A stretch of 52,054 nt of DNA, from assembly GCA_017506825.1 (NCBI GenBank), contig JAFVMQ010000077.1, positions 1 through 52,054 on the forward strand, in the 5' to 3' direction. This DNA is from Bacteroidales bacterium (GTDB taxonomy: Bacteria; Bacteroidota; Bacteroidia; Bacteroidales; UBA932). This document shows, one piece after another, positions 19,149 to 28,110 of the stretch. The position numbers were made by a program, and so were the translations under genes. The notes beneath the pieces were generated by a model. The model saw nothing but the letters and a program-made list of their open reading frames with translations, searched no databases and was not told the origin of the DNA. The number at the start of each line of letters is the position of its first letter. Position 1 is the stretch's first letter.

Positions 19149-19274
19149 TTAATTCCAGTCACCACCAAAATCAGAAGGCTTGCTGTATCCTTCTCCAGTC
19201 GACGCGTAAAACAGCACACTGTCTTCAAGTTCGATTTCTAAAATCTCCACCAGTGGTTTTTCATAAGAGTTCAT
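19149..19274 (-). CDS. 41-aa small protein with YxxP motif (below the ORF-track cutoff)
   Basis: MNSYEKPLVEILEIELEDSVLFYASTGEGYSKPSDFGGDWN*. It lies between the -7 promoter at 19337-19344 and the next ATG 12 bp downstream, and fits the Bacteroidales Y-x-x-P-x-h-E-h-h-x-h-x-x-E...AS small-ORF pattern. Confidence 0.75.
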   Translation of the reverse strand: MNSYEKPLVEILEIELEDSVLFYASTGEGYSKPSDFGGDWN

Positions 19275-19336
19275 GATCTGATCGTTTTTGTTGTCGTTTA
19301 GACAGTTAAATCTCTGAGTTTTTTGTATTTCGGCTG

Positions 19337-19344
19337 CAAAAATA
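19337..19344 (-). promoter_or_regulatory. -7 promoter element of the leftward operon (19274 to 8526)
   Basis: The reverse complement is TATTTTTG. Confidence 0.7.
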
Positions 19345-19377
19345 GAAATTTATTCTTGGAAATTGCAAGAATTTGCC

Positions 19378-19402
19378 TACTTTTGCACCACACTACACCA
19401 CA
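19378..19402 (+). promoter_or_regulatory. -7 promoter of the rightward operon, abutting operator copy 3
   Basis: TACTTTTG (19378-19385) immediately followed by CACCACActaCACCACA (19386-19402). Confidence 0.82.
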
Positions 19403-19431
19403 CATAATTGAAAAACCGTATTTTTTGGCAT

Positions 19432-20709
19432 ATGAAAGGCACTCACAAGCACTATAAATGGGAAGTTCTGGCCCTCCTCTGGATGGCCTATCTGCTCAAT
19501 CAGGCAGACCGTCAGGTCTTCAATACAGTCCTCCCTGCAATCCGTGATTCGCTCGGAATCGGCGACACCGAGGTGGGTCTCATCGCGACCGTCTTCAACC
19601 TCTGTTATGCATTCATGGTTCCGTTCGGCGGAATGGCAGGCGACCGTTTCAGCCGCAAGTGGGTGACCACGATCGCCATCCTCTTCTGGAGTGTGGCTAC
19701 AATGTTCACAGGACTTGCTACAGGTGTCGTGATGCTTATCATTCTGAGAAGTGTGGCGACCGGTGGTGGCGAGGCCTTCTTTGGTCCTGCAAACTACTCG
19801 CTCCTCGGACAGTACCATACTGATACACGTGCACGCGCGATGTCGATCCACCAGACCTCTTATTATGTAGGTGTTATCCTTGCAGGCTGGCTTGCGGGCT
19901 ATATCGCTGACAAGCTCGGCTGGCAGTACTCTTTCATCATCTTCGGTGCTGCTGGTGTGGTATGGGGAATCGTTATGGCTGTCAGGCTTAAGGATAAGAA
20001 GGAAGAGATTGCCGGTCAAGCCGGCAATGACGGGGACGGCGGTCGTCATTCCCGACATGATCTGGAATCCAAGCCCGGCATATTCGACGGTTTCAAGACT
20101 GTGTTCACAACTCCTACGGCTCTTGTTCTTACAATCGGTTTCAGCGGTTTCATCTTCGTCATCACAGGTTACATGACATGGGTTCCTGCATTCCTTCAGG
20201 AAGAATTCGGACAGACTCAGGCCGCTGCCGGTTTCAACTCGATGTTCTGGACATATGTCGCAGCTTTTGCGGGAGTGCTTCTCGCAGGTACCCTCTCTGA
20301 CAAGATTGCAGTACGTGACCGCAAGGTACGCATGGTGATCCAGGGTATCGGACTCATCCTCGGTGCTGCGTTCCTCTTCTTTGTGAATGCAGGCATGAGT
20401 CTCTGGCTCATCTATGCATGCTTCGCAGGCTGGGGCTTCTTCAGAGCGTTCTTCGATGCAAACATCTATACAGTACTTTATGATGTGACTCCTTCGCGTC
20501 TCCACGCTTCCTGCTCAAGCGCTCTCATCACTACGGGATTTGCGGTCGGAGCTCTTGCGCCGGTGATCCTCGGAGCAATGAAGGAAAGCATGGGAAGCCT
20601 TTCGGCAACCTTCCCTGTACTTGGTGTTGTCTGGGTAGTATGCGGTATACTTCTGCTTGTTGTCAGCAGGACCCACTATCAGAAAGATTACGATAAGATT
20701 AACAAATAG
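19432..20709 (+). CDS. MFS transporter (sugar/sugar-acid or spinster-like)
   Basis: About 12 hydrophobic segments; NQADRQ, GMAGDRFSRK (motif A) and GTLSDK. Start reassigned to ATG 19432. Confidence 0.92.
   Translation: MKGTHKHYKWEVLALLWMAYLLNQADRQVFNTVLPAIRDSLGIGDTEVGLIATVFNLCYAFMVPFGGMAGDRFSRKWVTTIAILFWSVATMFTGLATGVVMLIILRSVATGGGEAFFGPANYSLLGQYHTDTRARAMSIHQTSYYVGVILAGWLAGYIADKLGWQYSFIIFGAAGVVWGIVMAVRLKDKKEEIAGQAGNDGDGGRHSRHDLESKPGIFDGFKTVFTTPTALVLTIGFSGFIFVITGYMTWVPAFLQEEFGQTQAAAGFNSMFWTYVAAFAGVLLAGTLSDKIAVRDRKVRMVIQGIGLILGAAFLFFVNAGMSLWLIYACFAGWGFFRAFFDANIYTVLYDVTPSRLHASCSSALITTGFAVGALAPVILGAMKESMGSLSATFPVLGVVWVVCGILLLVVSRTHYQKDYDKINK
20007..20070. repeat. Inverted pair of CGTC-type REP palindromes inside the MFS coding sequence
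   Basis: GATTGCCGGTCAAGCCGGCAATGACG (20007-20032; reverse CGTCATTGCCGGCTTGACCGGCAATC) and CGTCATTCCCGACATGATCTGGAATCC (20044-20070). Confidence 0.75.
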
Positions 20710-20715
20710 ATATAA

Positions 20716-22179
20716 ATGAAAGCTGAACTCAAAGCCAGGAAGCCGAAGGCAGGTCTGCTGCTTATAGCTTCACCAAGATTCAAGAATCTGTATGGTCCCC
20801 AGCGCGGTACATACGGTGAAAGAAAAGAAAAAGCGGTCAAGGAAATCATGGGTACCATGGACTTCCTTGACTTGGTGTATTCGGGCATCGTGTATGAAAG
20901 AGAGGATGCAAAGAAGGCTATGGATCTTTTCTTTGCAGAGAAGGTAGACTTCATCTACGCGGAATTCCTTTCATGGAGCGAGGATTTCGCATGGATCCGT
21001 TTCCTTCGTGACTGCCCTGAAATTCCTATAATATTCTGCAATGTAGCAAAGCCAAAGATGACATTCGAGACCACACTTGACGAAGATGATTTTGTTGATT
21101 ATCTCTGCGCAGGTACTCTCGTCGGCTCTCTCGAAGGTTCAGGCAGCATAAAAAGGGTTCCGAGGAAGAATGTGAAGACAATCATGGGAACACGTGAGCA
21201 GGTTACTGAAAAACTCCGTGTATATGCCAATGCGGCAAAGACCCGTGCAATCCTCCGCAACTCGAATGTAGGTCTCATGGCAAACATGAACGAGGCCATG
21301 TGGAGCACATATATAGACAACTACGACCTCTTTACCAAGATCGGTCCGGAAATCCATTATCTTCCCTACAGCGATTACGGCATTGAGATAGACAACCTTA
21401 CGGATGAGGAAGTAAAAGAGTATGCAGACGAGCTTACAGGCAAGTACAAGATGATGGACGACGTGGAGTATGACAAGTTCATTGGTTGTGTGAAGGCAAC
21501 TCTCGGAATAAAGAAACTGGCAGAAAAGAACGATATCGACTGCTATGTTTACAACGATATCGACCAGGCTACATTCAAGACTGCCGGCTGCCGTGCAGGA
21601 TTCTATCCTCAGTGGTTCAACGAGAATGTAAGCGTTCTTGTGCCTGAGGCAGACATAGGAGCAGGTATCATCACCTACGTCCTTAAGCTCATGACAGGAA
21701 AGAACGTGAATTTCGTCGAGCCGTTCCATATCGAGGACGATTTCGGAACATTCGCAGGCGGTCATGCCGGTCCTAACGACCACAACGACCCGCAGTGGCA
21801 GGAGAATGTAATCATCTCGCGTGACGTCCGTTTTGCGAAGACCCACTGGAAGTATGCAGGTGCGCCATTCGCATGGTACCGCTTCAGCCCTGGAATGAAG
21901 ACTGTGGCAGGTCTCTATGAGGAGAACGGCAAGTACAAGCTGATTACATTCCTGGCAGAGAGCCTTTCTGAGAAGGATACTCCGCAGAGCGACAAGAAGC
22001 ATCTGCTCGCAACATACAGCCATACCATCTTCAAACCGGTTGTTCCTGTCAAGGAACTTTGGGAGCAGGTTCTCCGCATCGGTGCGACACAGCACTATGC
22101 TATCGTGGACGGTGACTGGCGTAAGGAACTGGAATACTTTGCGGAAATGATGGGCTTCGAGTTCTATAATATAAAGTAG
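20716..22179 (+). CDS. L-fucose/L-arabinose isomerase family protein
   Basis: Metal-ligand-like PEAD, FVE and GHAG, plus the C-terminal G.TQHYAIV.GD....L..FA...G pattern; cytoplasmic. Confidence 0.78.
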   Translation: MKAELKARKPKAGLLLIASPRFKNLYGPQRGTYGERKEKAVKEIMGTMDFLDLVYSGIVYEREDAKKAMDLFFAEKVDFIYAEFLSWSEDFAWIRFLRDCPEIPIIFCNVAKPKMTFETTLDEDDFVDYLCAGTLVGSLEGSGSIKRVPRKNVKTIMGTREQVTEKLRVYANAAKTRAILRNSNVGLMANMNEAMWSTYIDNYDLFTKIGPEIHYLPYSDYGIEIDNLTDEEVKEYADELTGKYKMMDDVEYDKFIGCVKATLGIKKLAEKNDIDCYVYNDIDQATFKTAGCRAGFYPQWFNENVSVLVPEADIGAGIITYVLKLMTGKNVNFVEPFHIEDDFGTFAGGHAGPNDHNDPQWQENVIISRDVRFAKTHWKYAGAPFAWYRFSPGMKTVAGLYEENGKYKLITFLAESLSEKDTPQSDKKHLLATYSHTIFKPVVPVKELWEQVLRIGATQHYAIVDGDWRKELEYFAEMMGFEFYNIK

Positions 22180-22208
22180 TGTAATAATATATATAAAGGT
22201 ATAAGAAA

Positions 22209-24080
22209 ATGAGTTTCATGTACAACCCGTTTCCGTTTGATGATCCGAAGCCGATCAACAGACCGAAACTTTCAGAAAAGACAGTTGCTTCAGTGGTTTC
22301 AGGCGGTACGCCTAATGTAGCCAAGAAGTTTGTGGCAGAAATCGCTGACAAGGTAAAGGCTGAAGGAGTTATCGTCGGTATCGACGGTTATACTACAGCA
22401 AACTGGAATCTTTTCGTAAATCTCCTCGCACGCGAATGTGTGATTAACGGTTTCGAGTTCGAGGCCGTAGATTCTGTAAAGGCAGTCCTCAAGTCCGGAA
22501 AGGAAATAGACGATATGATCGACCCGCTTCTTATCTGGGACACACAGATTGACCCTACTCTCCTTTTCGGAAAGCTTTATCATGGTGGTTACATCGGTCT
22601 CTTTGATGAGGCCAAGATGGCTGAGTTCAAGGCTGCCGTTCCTTCGAAGAAGGCTCCTGGCAAGCTCACAGTGGTTGCAGGCTACGGTTCCATGATTCCG
22701 GAACTTCGCGACATGTATGATGTGAAGTGCTGGTTCGACCTTACTCCTATGAAGACCATGCTCCGCATCAGGGGCGGCGAGTATGCAAACCTCGGCAAGG
22801 AGCGTCCTGGTATCATCAACCGCATCATCCGCCGCTGCTACTACTGCGACTTCGAGTGCGCCGTACAGCTCAGAAAGGAGCTCTGGAAGAACAATGTACC
22901 TGACTTCTATTTCCTTGACAATGATCCTAAGAAGCTTCAGATGATGCCTTTCGAGTCATTCTCTGCAATCTGTTCGGAGCTTGTGAAGTATCCTTTCCGC
23001 GCAAAGCCTTGCTATCTTGAAGGAGTATGGGGAGGTTCATACATGAAGAAGTACCGTAACCTTCCAGAGGAGATGAAGAATGCCGCATGGGTGTTCGACT
23101 TCATTCCGATGGAGGTCAGTGTTCTCGTAGAAGCAGGCAAGGAGATGCTTGACATCAACTACTGTTCTTTCGTCCACAAAGAGGGTATCAACCTCATGGG
23201 TGAGAAGGCTGTAAACAAATATCAGGGATATTTCCCTATCCGTTTCAACTGGGATGACTCTTACCATTCTACAGGTAACATGAGTATCCAGTGCCACTCT
23301 GACGGAAAGTACAATATCGAACATTATAACGAGTTCGGTCGTCAGGACGAGAGCTACTATGTCGTTCTTACAGGACAGGATGCAAAGACATATATCGGTT
23401 TCCGTGACGACGCTGACATTCCTCAGTTCTTCAAGGAGATCGAGGATGCCGATACAAAGAAGATTCCTTGCGACTACGAGAAATATGTAAGCTACGAGCC
23501 TTCGTTTCCTGGTCTCCAGGTAATGCTTCCTGCAGGTACGATCCATTCAAGCGGTAGAAACCAGGTGATCCTCGAGATCGGTTCGCTCACCATCGGTTCA
23601 TACACATACAAGATGTACGACTATCTCCGTCTTGACTTCGACGGAAAGCAGCGTCCTATCCATACAAAGCTCGGTGAGGAGGTTGTGAACCAGGAAAGAA
23701 GATATTCTGCTATCCATGATCCTGAGAACAAGGACTACATCGTACAGAAGCCGCGTCTTGATGCGGAGGGAGAAGGATGGAAGGAATTCATCATCGGTGA
23801 GAATCAGCAGATGTACATTTCTCTCCGTCGTCTCGAGTTCGAGAAGATGTGCGAGCAGGATACAAGGAACGAAAAGTTCCACGTCCTCACCCTCGTTGAC
23901 GGTGACAAGGCACGCGTACGCAGCGTAGAGCATCCTGAGCGTTGCTATGAGATGGACTTCATGGACATTGTGTGTGTTCCTGCAGACATGGGTAAGTATG
24001 TGGTGGAGAACCTCGGCAAGGAACCTATCAGCATTCATAAGACAACTCTTCGCGAAGGATTTGAAAACGATGAGAAGTAA
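22209..24080 (+). CDS. Class I mannose-6-phosphate-isomerase-like cupin with N-terminal P-loop-like domain
   Basis: GVWGG, FPIRF..DD, SIQCH, QDESYY and PAGTIH.SG....LEI (PMI metal ligands); N-terminal IVGIDGY. Confidence 0.78.
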   Translation: MSFMYNPFPFDDPKPINRPKLSEKTVASVVSGGTPNVAKKFVAEIADKVKAEGVIVGIDGYTTANWNLFVNLLARECVINGFEFEAVDSVKAVLKSGKEIDDMIDPLLIWDTQIDPTLLFGKLYHGGYIGLFDEAKMAEFKAAVPSKKAPGKLTVVAGYGSMIPELRDMYDVKCWFDLTPMKTMLRIRGGEYANLGKERPGIINRIIRRCYYCDFECAVQLRKELWKNNVPDFYFLDNDPKKLQMMPFESFSAICSELVKYPFRAKPCYLEGVWGGSYMKKYRNLPEEMKNAAWVFDFIPMEVSVLVEAGKEMLDINYCSFVHKEGINLMGEKAVNKYQGYFPIRFNWDDSYHSTGNMSIQCHSDGKYNIEHYNEFGRQDESYYVVLTGQDAKTYIGFRDDADIPQFFKEIEDADTKKIPCDYEKYVSYEPSFPGLQVMLPAGTIHSSGRNQVILEIGSLTIGSYTYKMYDYLRLDFDGKQRPIHTKLGEEVVNQERRYSAIHDPENKDYIVQKPRLDAEGEGWKEFIIGENQQMYISLRRLEFEKMCEQDTRNEKFHVLTLVDGDKARVRSVEHPERCYEMDFMDIVCVPADMGKYVVENLGKEPISIHKTTLREGFENDEK

Positions 24081-24984
24081 TACACGCATAATCCTTCTTG
24101 ACGTCGGAGGTACTTTTGTAAAGGCCTCCCTCGGCATTTCCGGAAAGGGAGCTGTCGAGGGAAGCTTTACACATACTCCGATATCGTCAGACGGAACTGC
24201 GGAAGAAATACAGGATGCCTTCAGGACTGCGGTAGGAGGGCAGATGGAAAAGGCGGCAGAAGAAGGATATGGAGTTTCTGCAGTGTGCGTAGCCATCCCG
24301 GGACCGTTCAACTACCGTGACGGCATCTTCATGATGAAACACAAGTTCGCAGCTGTGTATGGCAGATCATTCCGGGAGATTCTCGGTGATGTGGTTCCGT
24401 CGGATGTGCGACTTGCCTTCATCCACGATGTGAACGGAGCTCTTCTCGGTGCTCTTACGGCAGACCCTTCCCTCAGGACGGGAAATGTGGCGATCTCAAC
24501 CTTCGGTACAGGTCTCGGATTCGCTTATGCTGAAAACGGAAAAGTGATGGAATCGGAAACCGGATCTCCTGCAAAGGGACTCTGGGATCTTCCCTACATG
24601 GGAGGCAGGCTTGAAGATTATGTTTCAAGACGTGCCATCCTCAGATTCTACGCAGAACTGGGAGGCAGACTTTCCGAGGGAGAGGATGTCAAGGAGATAT
24701 CCGTCAGAGCAAGAAGCGGGGAGGAAAAGGCGCTTGAGGCATTCCGTCTGGCAGGAAGACATTATGCTGCCGGAGCAAAGGACCTTATAGCTTCTCTGAA
24801 CATCAGACATCTGCTGTTTGCCGGTCAGATAGCAAAGTCATTCGATCTCATGGAAGACGAGATCCGCAAGGGACTTGGTGAAAAGATCGGAATATCGGTT
24901 CTGGAAGACATACAGGGAACAGTCCTTATAGGAGCTGCGTCACTTCAGATGAATAATCAAACTATAGAATATATTAAACATTAA
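24070..24984 (+). CDS. ROK family sugar kinase
   Basis: LDVGGTFVK, AIPGPFNY..G, FIHDV, TFGTGLGF and LEDYVS. Start reassigned to ATG 24070, which overlaps the upstream stop. Confidence 0.88.
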   Translation: MRSNTRIILLDVGGTFVKASLGISGKGAVEGSFTHTPISSDGTAEEIQDAFRTAVGGQMEKAAEEGYGVSAVCVAIPGPFNYRDGIFMMKHKFAAVYGRSFREILGDVVPSDVRLAFIHDVNGALLGALTADPSLRTGNVAISTFGTGLGFAYAENGKVMESETGSPAKGLWDLPYMGGRLEDYVSRRAILRFYAELGGRLSEGEDVKEISVRARSGEEKALEAFRLAGRHYAAGAKDLIASLNIRHLLFAGQIAKSFDLMEDEIRKGLGEKIGISVLEDIQGTVLIGAASLQMNNQTIEYIKH

Positions 24985-24991
24985 CCTTATT

Positions 24992-27900
24992 ATGATGCTA
25001 ACAAAACGTATGACAGCGCTTAAGCAGATGTTTGCAATCTGCTTTGCGTTCGTTTGCGCAGCGGTGACAGCTTCGTCAGCCTTTGCGCAAGACAGAAACG
25101 TCACCGGTACTATCCTGGACGAGACAGATACAGGAATCGCCGGTGCTTACGTCGTAGTTAAGGGAGAGACCCGAGGTGCCATGACTGACGACCAGGGTAG
25201 ATTCAATATCACAGTCTCTCCTTCTGACGTACTCGTTGCCTCTTTCCTCGGTTATCTTGATGAGGAAGTAAAGGTAGGTGACCAGACAAAGATCACAATC
25301 AAGCTTGTTCCTGCAGCCAATGAACTCGAGGGAGTTGTAAAGGTTGCATACGGTACTCAGAGAAAAGCATCCGTTATCGGATCTATCAGTACTGTGGAAA
25401 TGGGTATGCTTACCCAGTCACAGGGTAATCTTTCAACAAGCCTTGCCGGTAAGCTTGCCGGAGTGGTTGCAATCCAGAAGACCGGTGAACCAGGTGCTTC
25501 AGCTGATTTCTGGATCCGTGGTGTGAGTACCTTCGGTGCCAACTCTACCCCTCTCATCCTCGTGGACGGTGTAGAACGCAGCATGGATATGGTAGATACT
25601 GAGGATATTGCATCCCTCTCCATCCTCAAGGATGCTTCGGCAACAGCTCTTTACGGTGTGCGTGGTGCGAACGGTATCGTGCTGATCACAACCCGCCGCG
25701 GTTCGGAGTCAAAGCCTCAGCTTTCTGTAAAGGTCGAGACAGGTATGACATCTCCTGTAAAGCTTCCTGAAATGGCAAGCACAGGCGAGTTCATCGACTT
25801 CCTCAACAATATGTATGTAAACAGCGGTCAGGAAGCAATCTTCACAGACTTCCAGAAGGAGCAGTACCTCAGCGGAGCCGATCCTGATCTCTATCCGTCT
25901 GTCGACTGGGTGAACGAAGTGTTTAAGAACCAGGCTATGACAACCAAGGCCAACATAGGTGTATCCGGCGGTACAAAGAATGTACGCTACTATGTCGGCG
26001 GTTCATATTATCTTGAGGACGGTATCCTCAACACTGCAGCTAACGACCGTTATGACGCACAGATGAGCTACCAGAGGTTCAACTTCCGTACAAACGTGGA
26101 CATCAACCTTACAAAGTCTACAGTTCTCGGAATGAACGTGTCTACCCAGTTCACAGTAAAGAACTCTCCTGCAGCAGGTCTTGACGCCCTCCTCCAGCAG
26201 ACAATGACCCTTACTCCTACTGCGATTCCTCTCAAATATTCTGACGGAACACTCGCAGCCATCAAGGGAACAGCCAACCCATACAACCTCCTGAACGAGA
26301 GAGGTTACTCTAACACAAGCAGCAATGTAGCCCAGTCTACAGTATCCCTTACCCAGGACTTCTCAGACTTCGTTACAGAAGGTCTTACAGCCCGTGCGGC
26401 TTTCTCATTCGACGCAACCAACACAAATACCCTCAACCGCAGCATCCTTCCTAAGACATACAGGGCTATCGGTCGTGGCGAGCCTACAGAGGAGAATCCT
26501 CTCGGACCGCTCCAGTACGAGGTCATAGATGACTATGCAGGTTACATCACCCTGAGTACTTCAAACAGCGGAAAGCGCTACATCAACTTCGAGGGATCGA
26601 TCAACTATGAGCGTCAGTTTGCATATGCGCACCGTGTAAGCGCAATGGCCCTCTACAGCATGAGATCTCTCTCGTATACCCACCCTGAATCTTATATCGC
26701 TGCCTTCCCTTACAAGTCAATGGGTGTTGCAGCACGTACAACATACTCATATAAGGACCGCTACTTCTTCGAGTTCAACATGGGTTACAACGGTTCCGAG
26801 AACTTCGCTCCAGGTCACCGCTTCGGTTTCTTCCCTGCAGTCGCTGTCGGTTACATGATCAGCAATGAGCCTTGGTGGGAAAGCATTTCAGATACCATCA
26901 ACCTCCTTAAGTTCAAAGCTTCATACGGTTCGGTAGGTAACGACCAGATCGGTGGTAGCCGTCGTTTCGCATACAACACAACTATCAACACCAGTGCTAC
27001 AGGTGCTGCATGGGGTACGGTTGCAAACTCATCAGCTACCGGTTACCAGACTGTCGGCGGTATCACAACAGCTGAAATGGGTAACGCAGCAGTGGAGTGG
27101 GAGCAGGCGACAAAGGGTAACGTCGGAGTTGAGCTCGGTCTCTTCAACGATCTCACAATCCAGGCCGACCTCTTCCGCGACTACCGTGACGGTATCTTCC
27201 TCATGCGTCAGTCTACCCCTACCGCCATCGGTCTCCAGAAAGACCAGTATGTGAACATCGGAGAGATGCTCAACCGCGGTTTCGATATGTCGGTGGTTTA
27301 TGACCATACCTTTGCAAACGGTCTCAACGTTTCAGCAAGAGGAAACTTTACATTCAACCGTAACCGTCTCATCTATAACGACCAGCCTACTCCGGTCGAG
27401 GAGTACCTCAGCGAAGTGGGATTCGCATACGGTCAGAGAAAGGGTCTGATTTCATGCGGTCTCTTCAAGGATCAGGCAGATATCGACAGCTGGCCGGAGC
27501 AGACCTTCGGAGATGTCCAGCCGGGTGACATCAAGTACAAGGATATCAACGGTGACGGTTATGTGGACCAGTATGACAAGGTTGCCATCGGATACACCAC
27601 AATCCCTGAAATCAACTACGGTTTCGGTCTCAGCATCGGATACAAGGGCTTTGACGCATCTGTGTTCTTCAACGGTGTTTCCAACGTCACACGTCAGATC
27701 GGAGGTACAAACCTTTATGGAGCATCATCTTCACCTCAGCTTACAGGACAGGTATTCAAGGATGTTGCAAAGAACCATTGGACTGTCGACAATCCGAACC
27801 AGAATGCTCCATATCCAAGACTTGGAACAACTCGTTCAAACAACAACACCCAGACTTCAGACTACTGGACCCGCGACATGAGCTTCCTCCGTCTCAAGAA

Positions 27901-28096
27901 TGCTGAAATCGGTTATACATTCCCTAAGAAGCTGACAAAGAAGGCCGGTATCCAGGCTCTCCGACTCTATGTTTCAGGAACAAACCTCATCACATTCTCT
28001 GAGTTCAAGCTTTGGGACCCTGAACTTGACACGGCATACGGTACAAGATACCCTATCACACGTAACGTAAGTCTCGGATTGAACCTCAACTTCTAA
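24992..28096 (+). CDS. susC: SusC/RagA TonB-dependent transporter
   Basis: CarboxypepD-like N-terminus, IRG..TFG...PLILVDG, LKDASATALYGVRGANGIVLITTRRG, GSENF, FLRLKNAEIGY and terminal F. Confidence 0.97.
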   Translation: MMLTKRMTALKQMFAICFAFVCAAVTASSAFAQDRNVTGTILDETDTGIAGAYVVVKGETRGAMTDDQGRFNITVSPSDVLVASFLGYLDEEVKVGDQTKITIKLVPAANELEGVVKVAYGTQRKASVIGSISTVEMGMLTQSQGNLSTSLAGKLAGVVAIQKTGEPGASADFWIRGVSTFGANSTPLILVDGVERSMDMVDTEDIASLSILKDASATALYGVRGANGIVLITTRRGSESKPQLSVKVETGMTSPVKLPEMASTGEFIDFLNNMYVNSGQEAIFTDFQKEQYLSGADPDLYPSVDWVNEVFKNQAMTTKANIGVSGGTKNVRYYVGGSYYLEDGILNTAANDRYDAQMSYQRFNFRTNVDINLTKSTVLGMNVSTQFTVKNSPAAGLDALLQQTMTLTPTAIPLKYSDGTLAAIKGTANPYNLLNERGYSNTSSNVAQSTVSLTQDFSDFVTEGLTARAAFSFDATNTNTLNRSILPKTYRAIGRGEPTEENPLGPLQYEVIDDYAGYITLSTSNSGKRYINFEGSINYERQFAYAHRVSAMALYSMRSLSYTHPESYIAAFPYKSMGVAARTTYSYKDRYFFEFNMGYNGSENFAPGHRFGFFPAVAVGYMISNEPWWESISDTINLLKFKASYGSVGNDQIGGSRRFAYNTTINTSATGAAWGTVANSSATGYQTVGGITTAEMGNAAVEWEQATKGNVGVELGLFNDLTIQADLFRDYRDGIFLMRQSTPTAIGLQKDQYVNIGEMLNRGFDMSVVYDHTFANGLNVSARGNFTFNRNRLIYNDQPTPVEEYLSEVGFAYGQRKGLISCGLFKDQADIDSWPEQTFGDVQPGDIKYKDINGDGYVDQYDKVAIGYTTIPEINYGFGLSIGYKGFDASVFFNGVSNVTRQIGGTNLYGASSSPQLTGQVFKDVAKNHWTVDNPNQNAPYPRLGTTRSNNNTQTSDYWTRDMSFLRLKNAEIGYTFPKKLTKKAGIQALRLYVSGTNLITFSEFKLWDPELDTAYGTRYPITRNVSLGLNLNF

Positions 28097-28110
28097 CAGA
28101 CACAAAAGAA

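Noticed and set aside
19149-19274. Lasso-peptide precursor interpretation of the YxxP peptide
   Set aside because: There is no lasso cyclase, peptidase or RRE gene in the window and no convincing Thr(-2)/core arrangement. The only radical SAM gene is a typical anSME 30 kb away.
13435-23546. Long antisense ORFs (13435..14553, 19393..20505, 21139..22095, 23037..23546) and similar ones elsewhere
   Set aside because: They lie opposite well-supported genes and have no recognisable motifs; such shadows are expected from codon bias.
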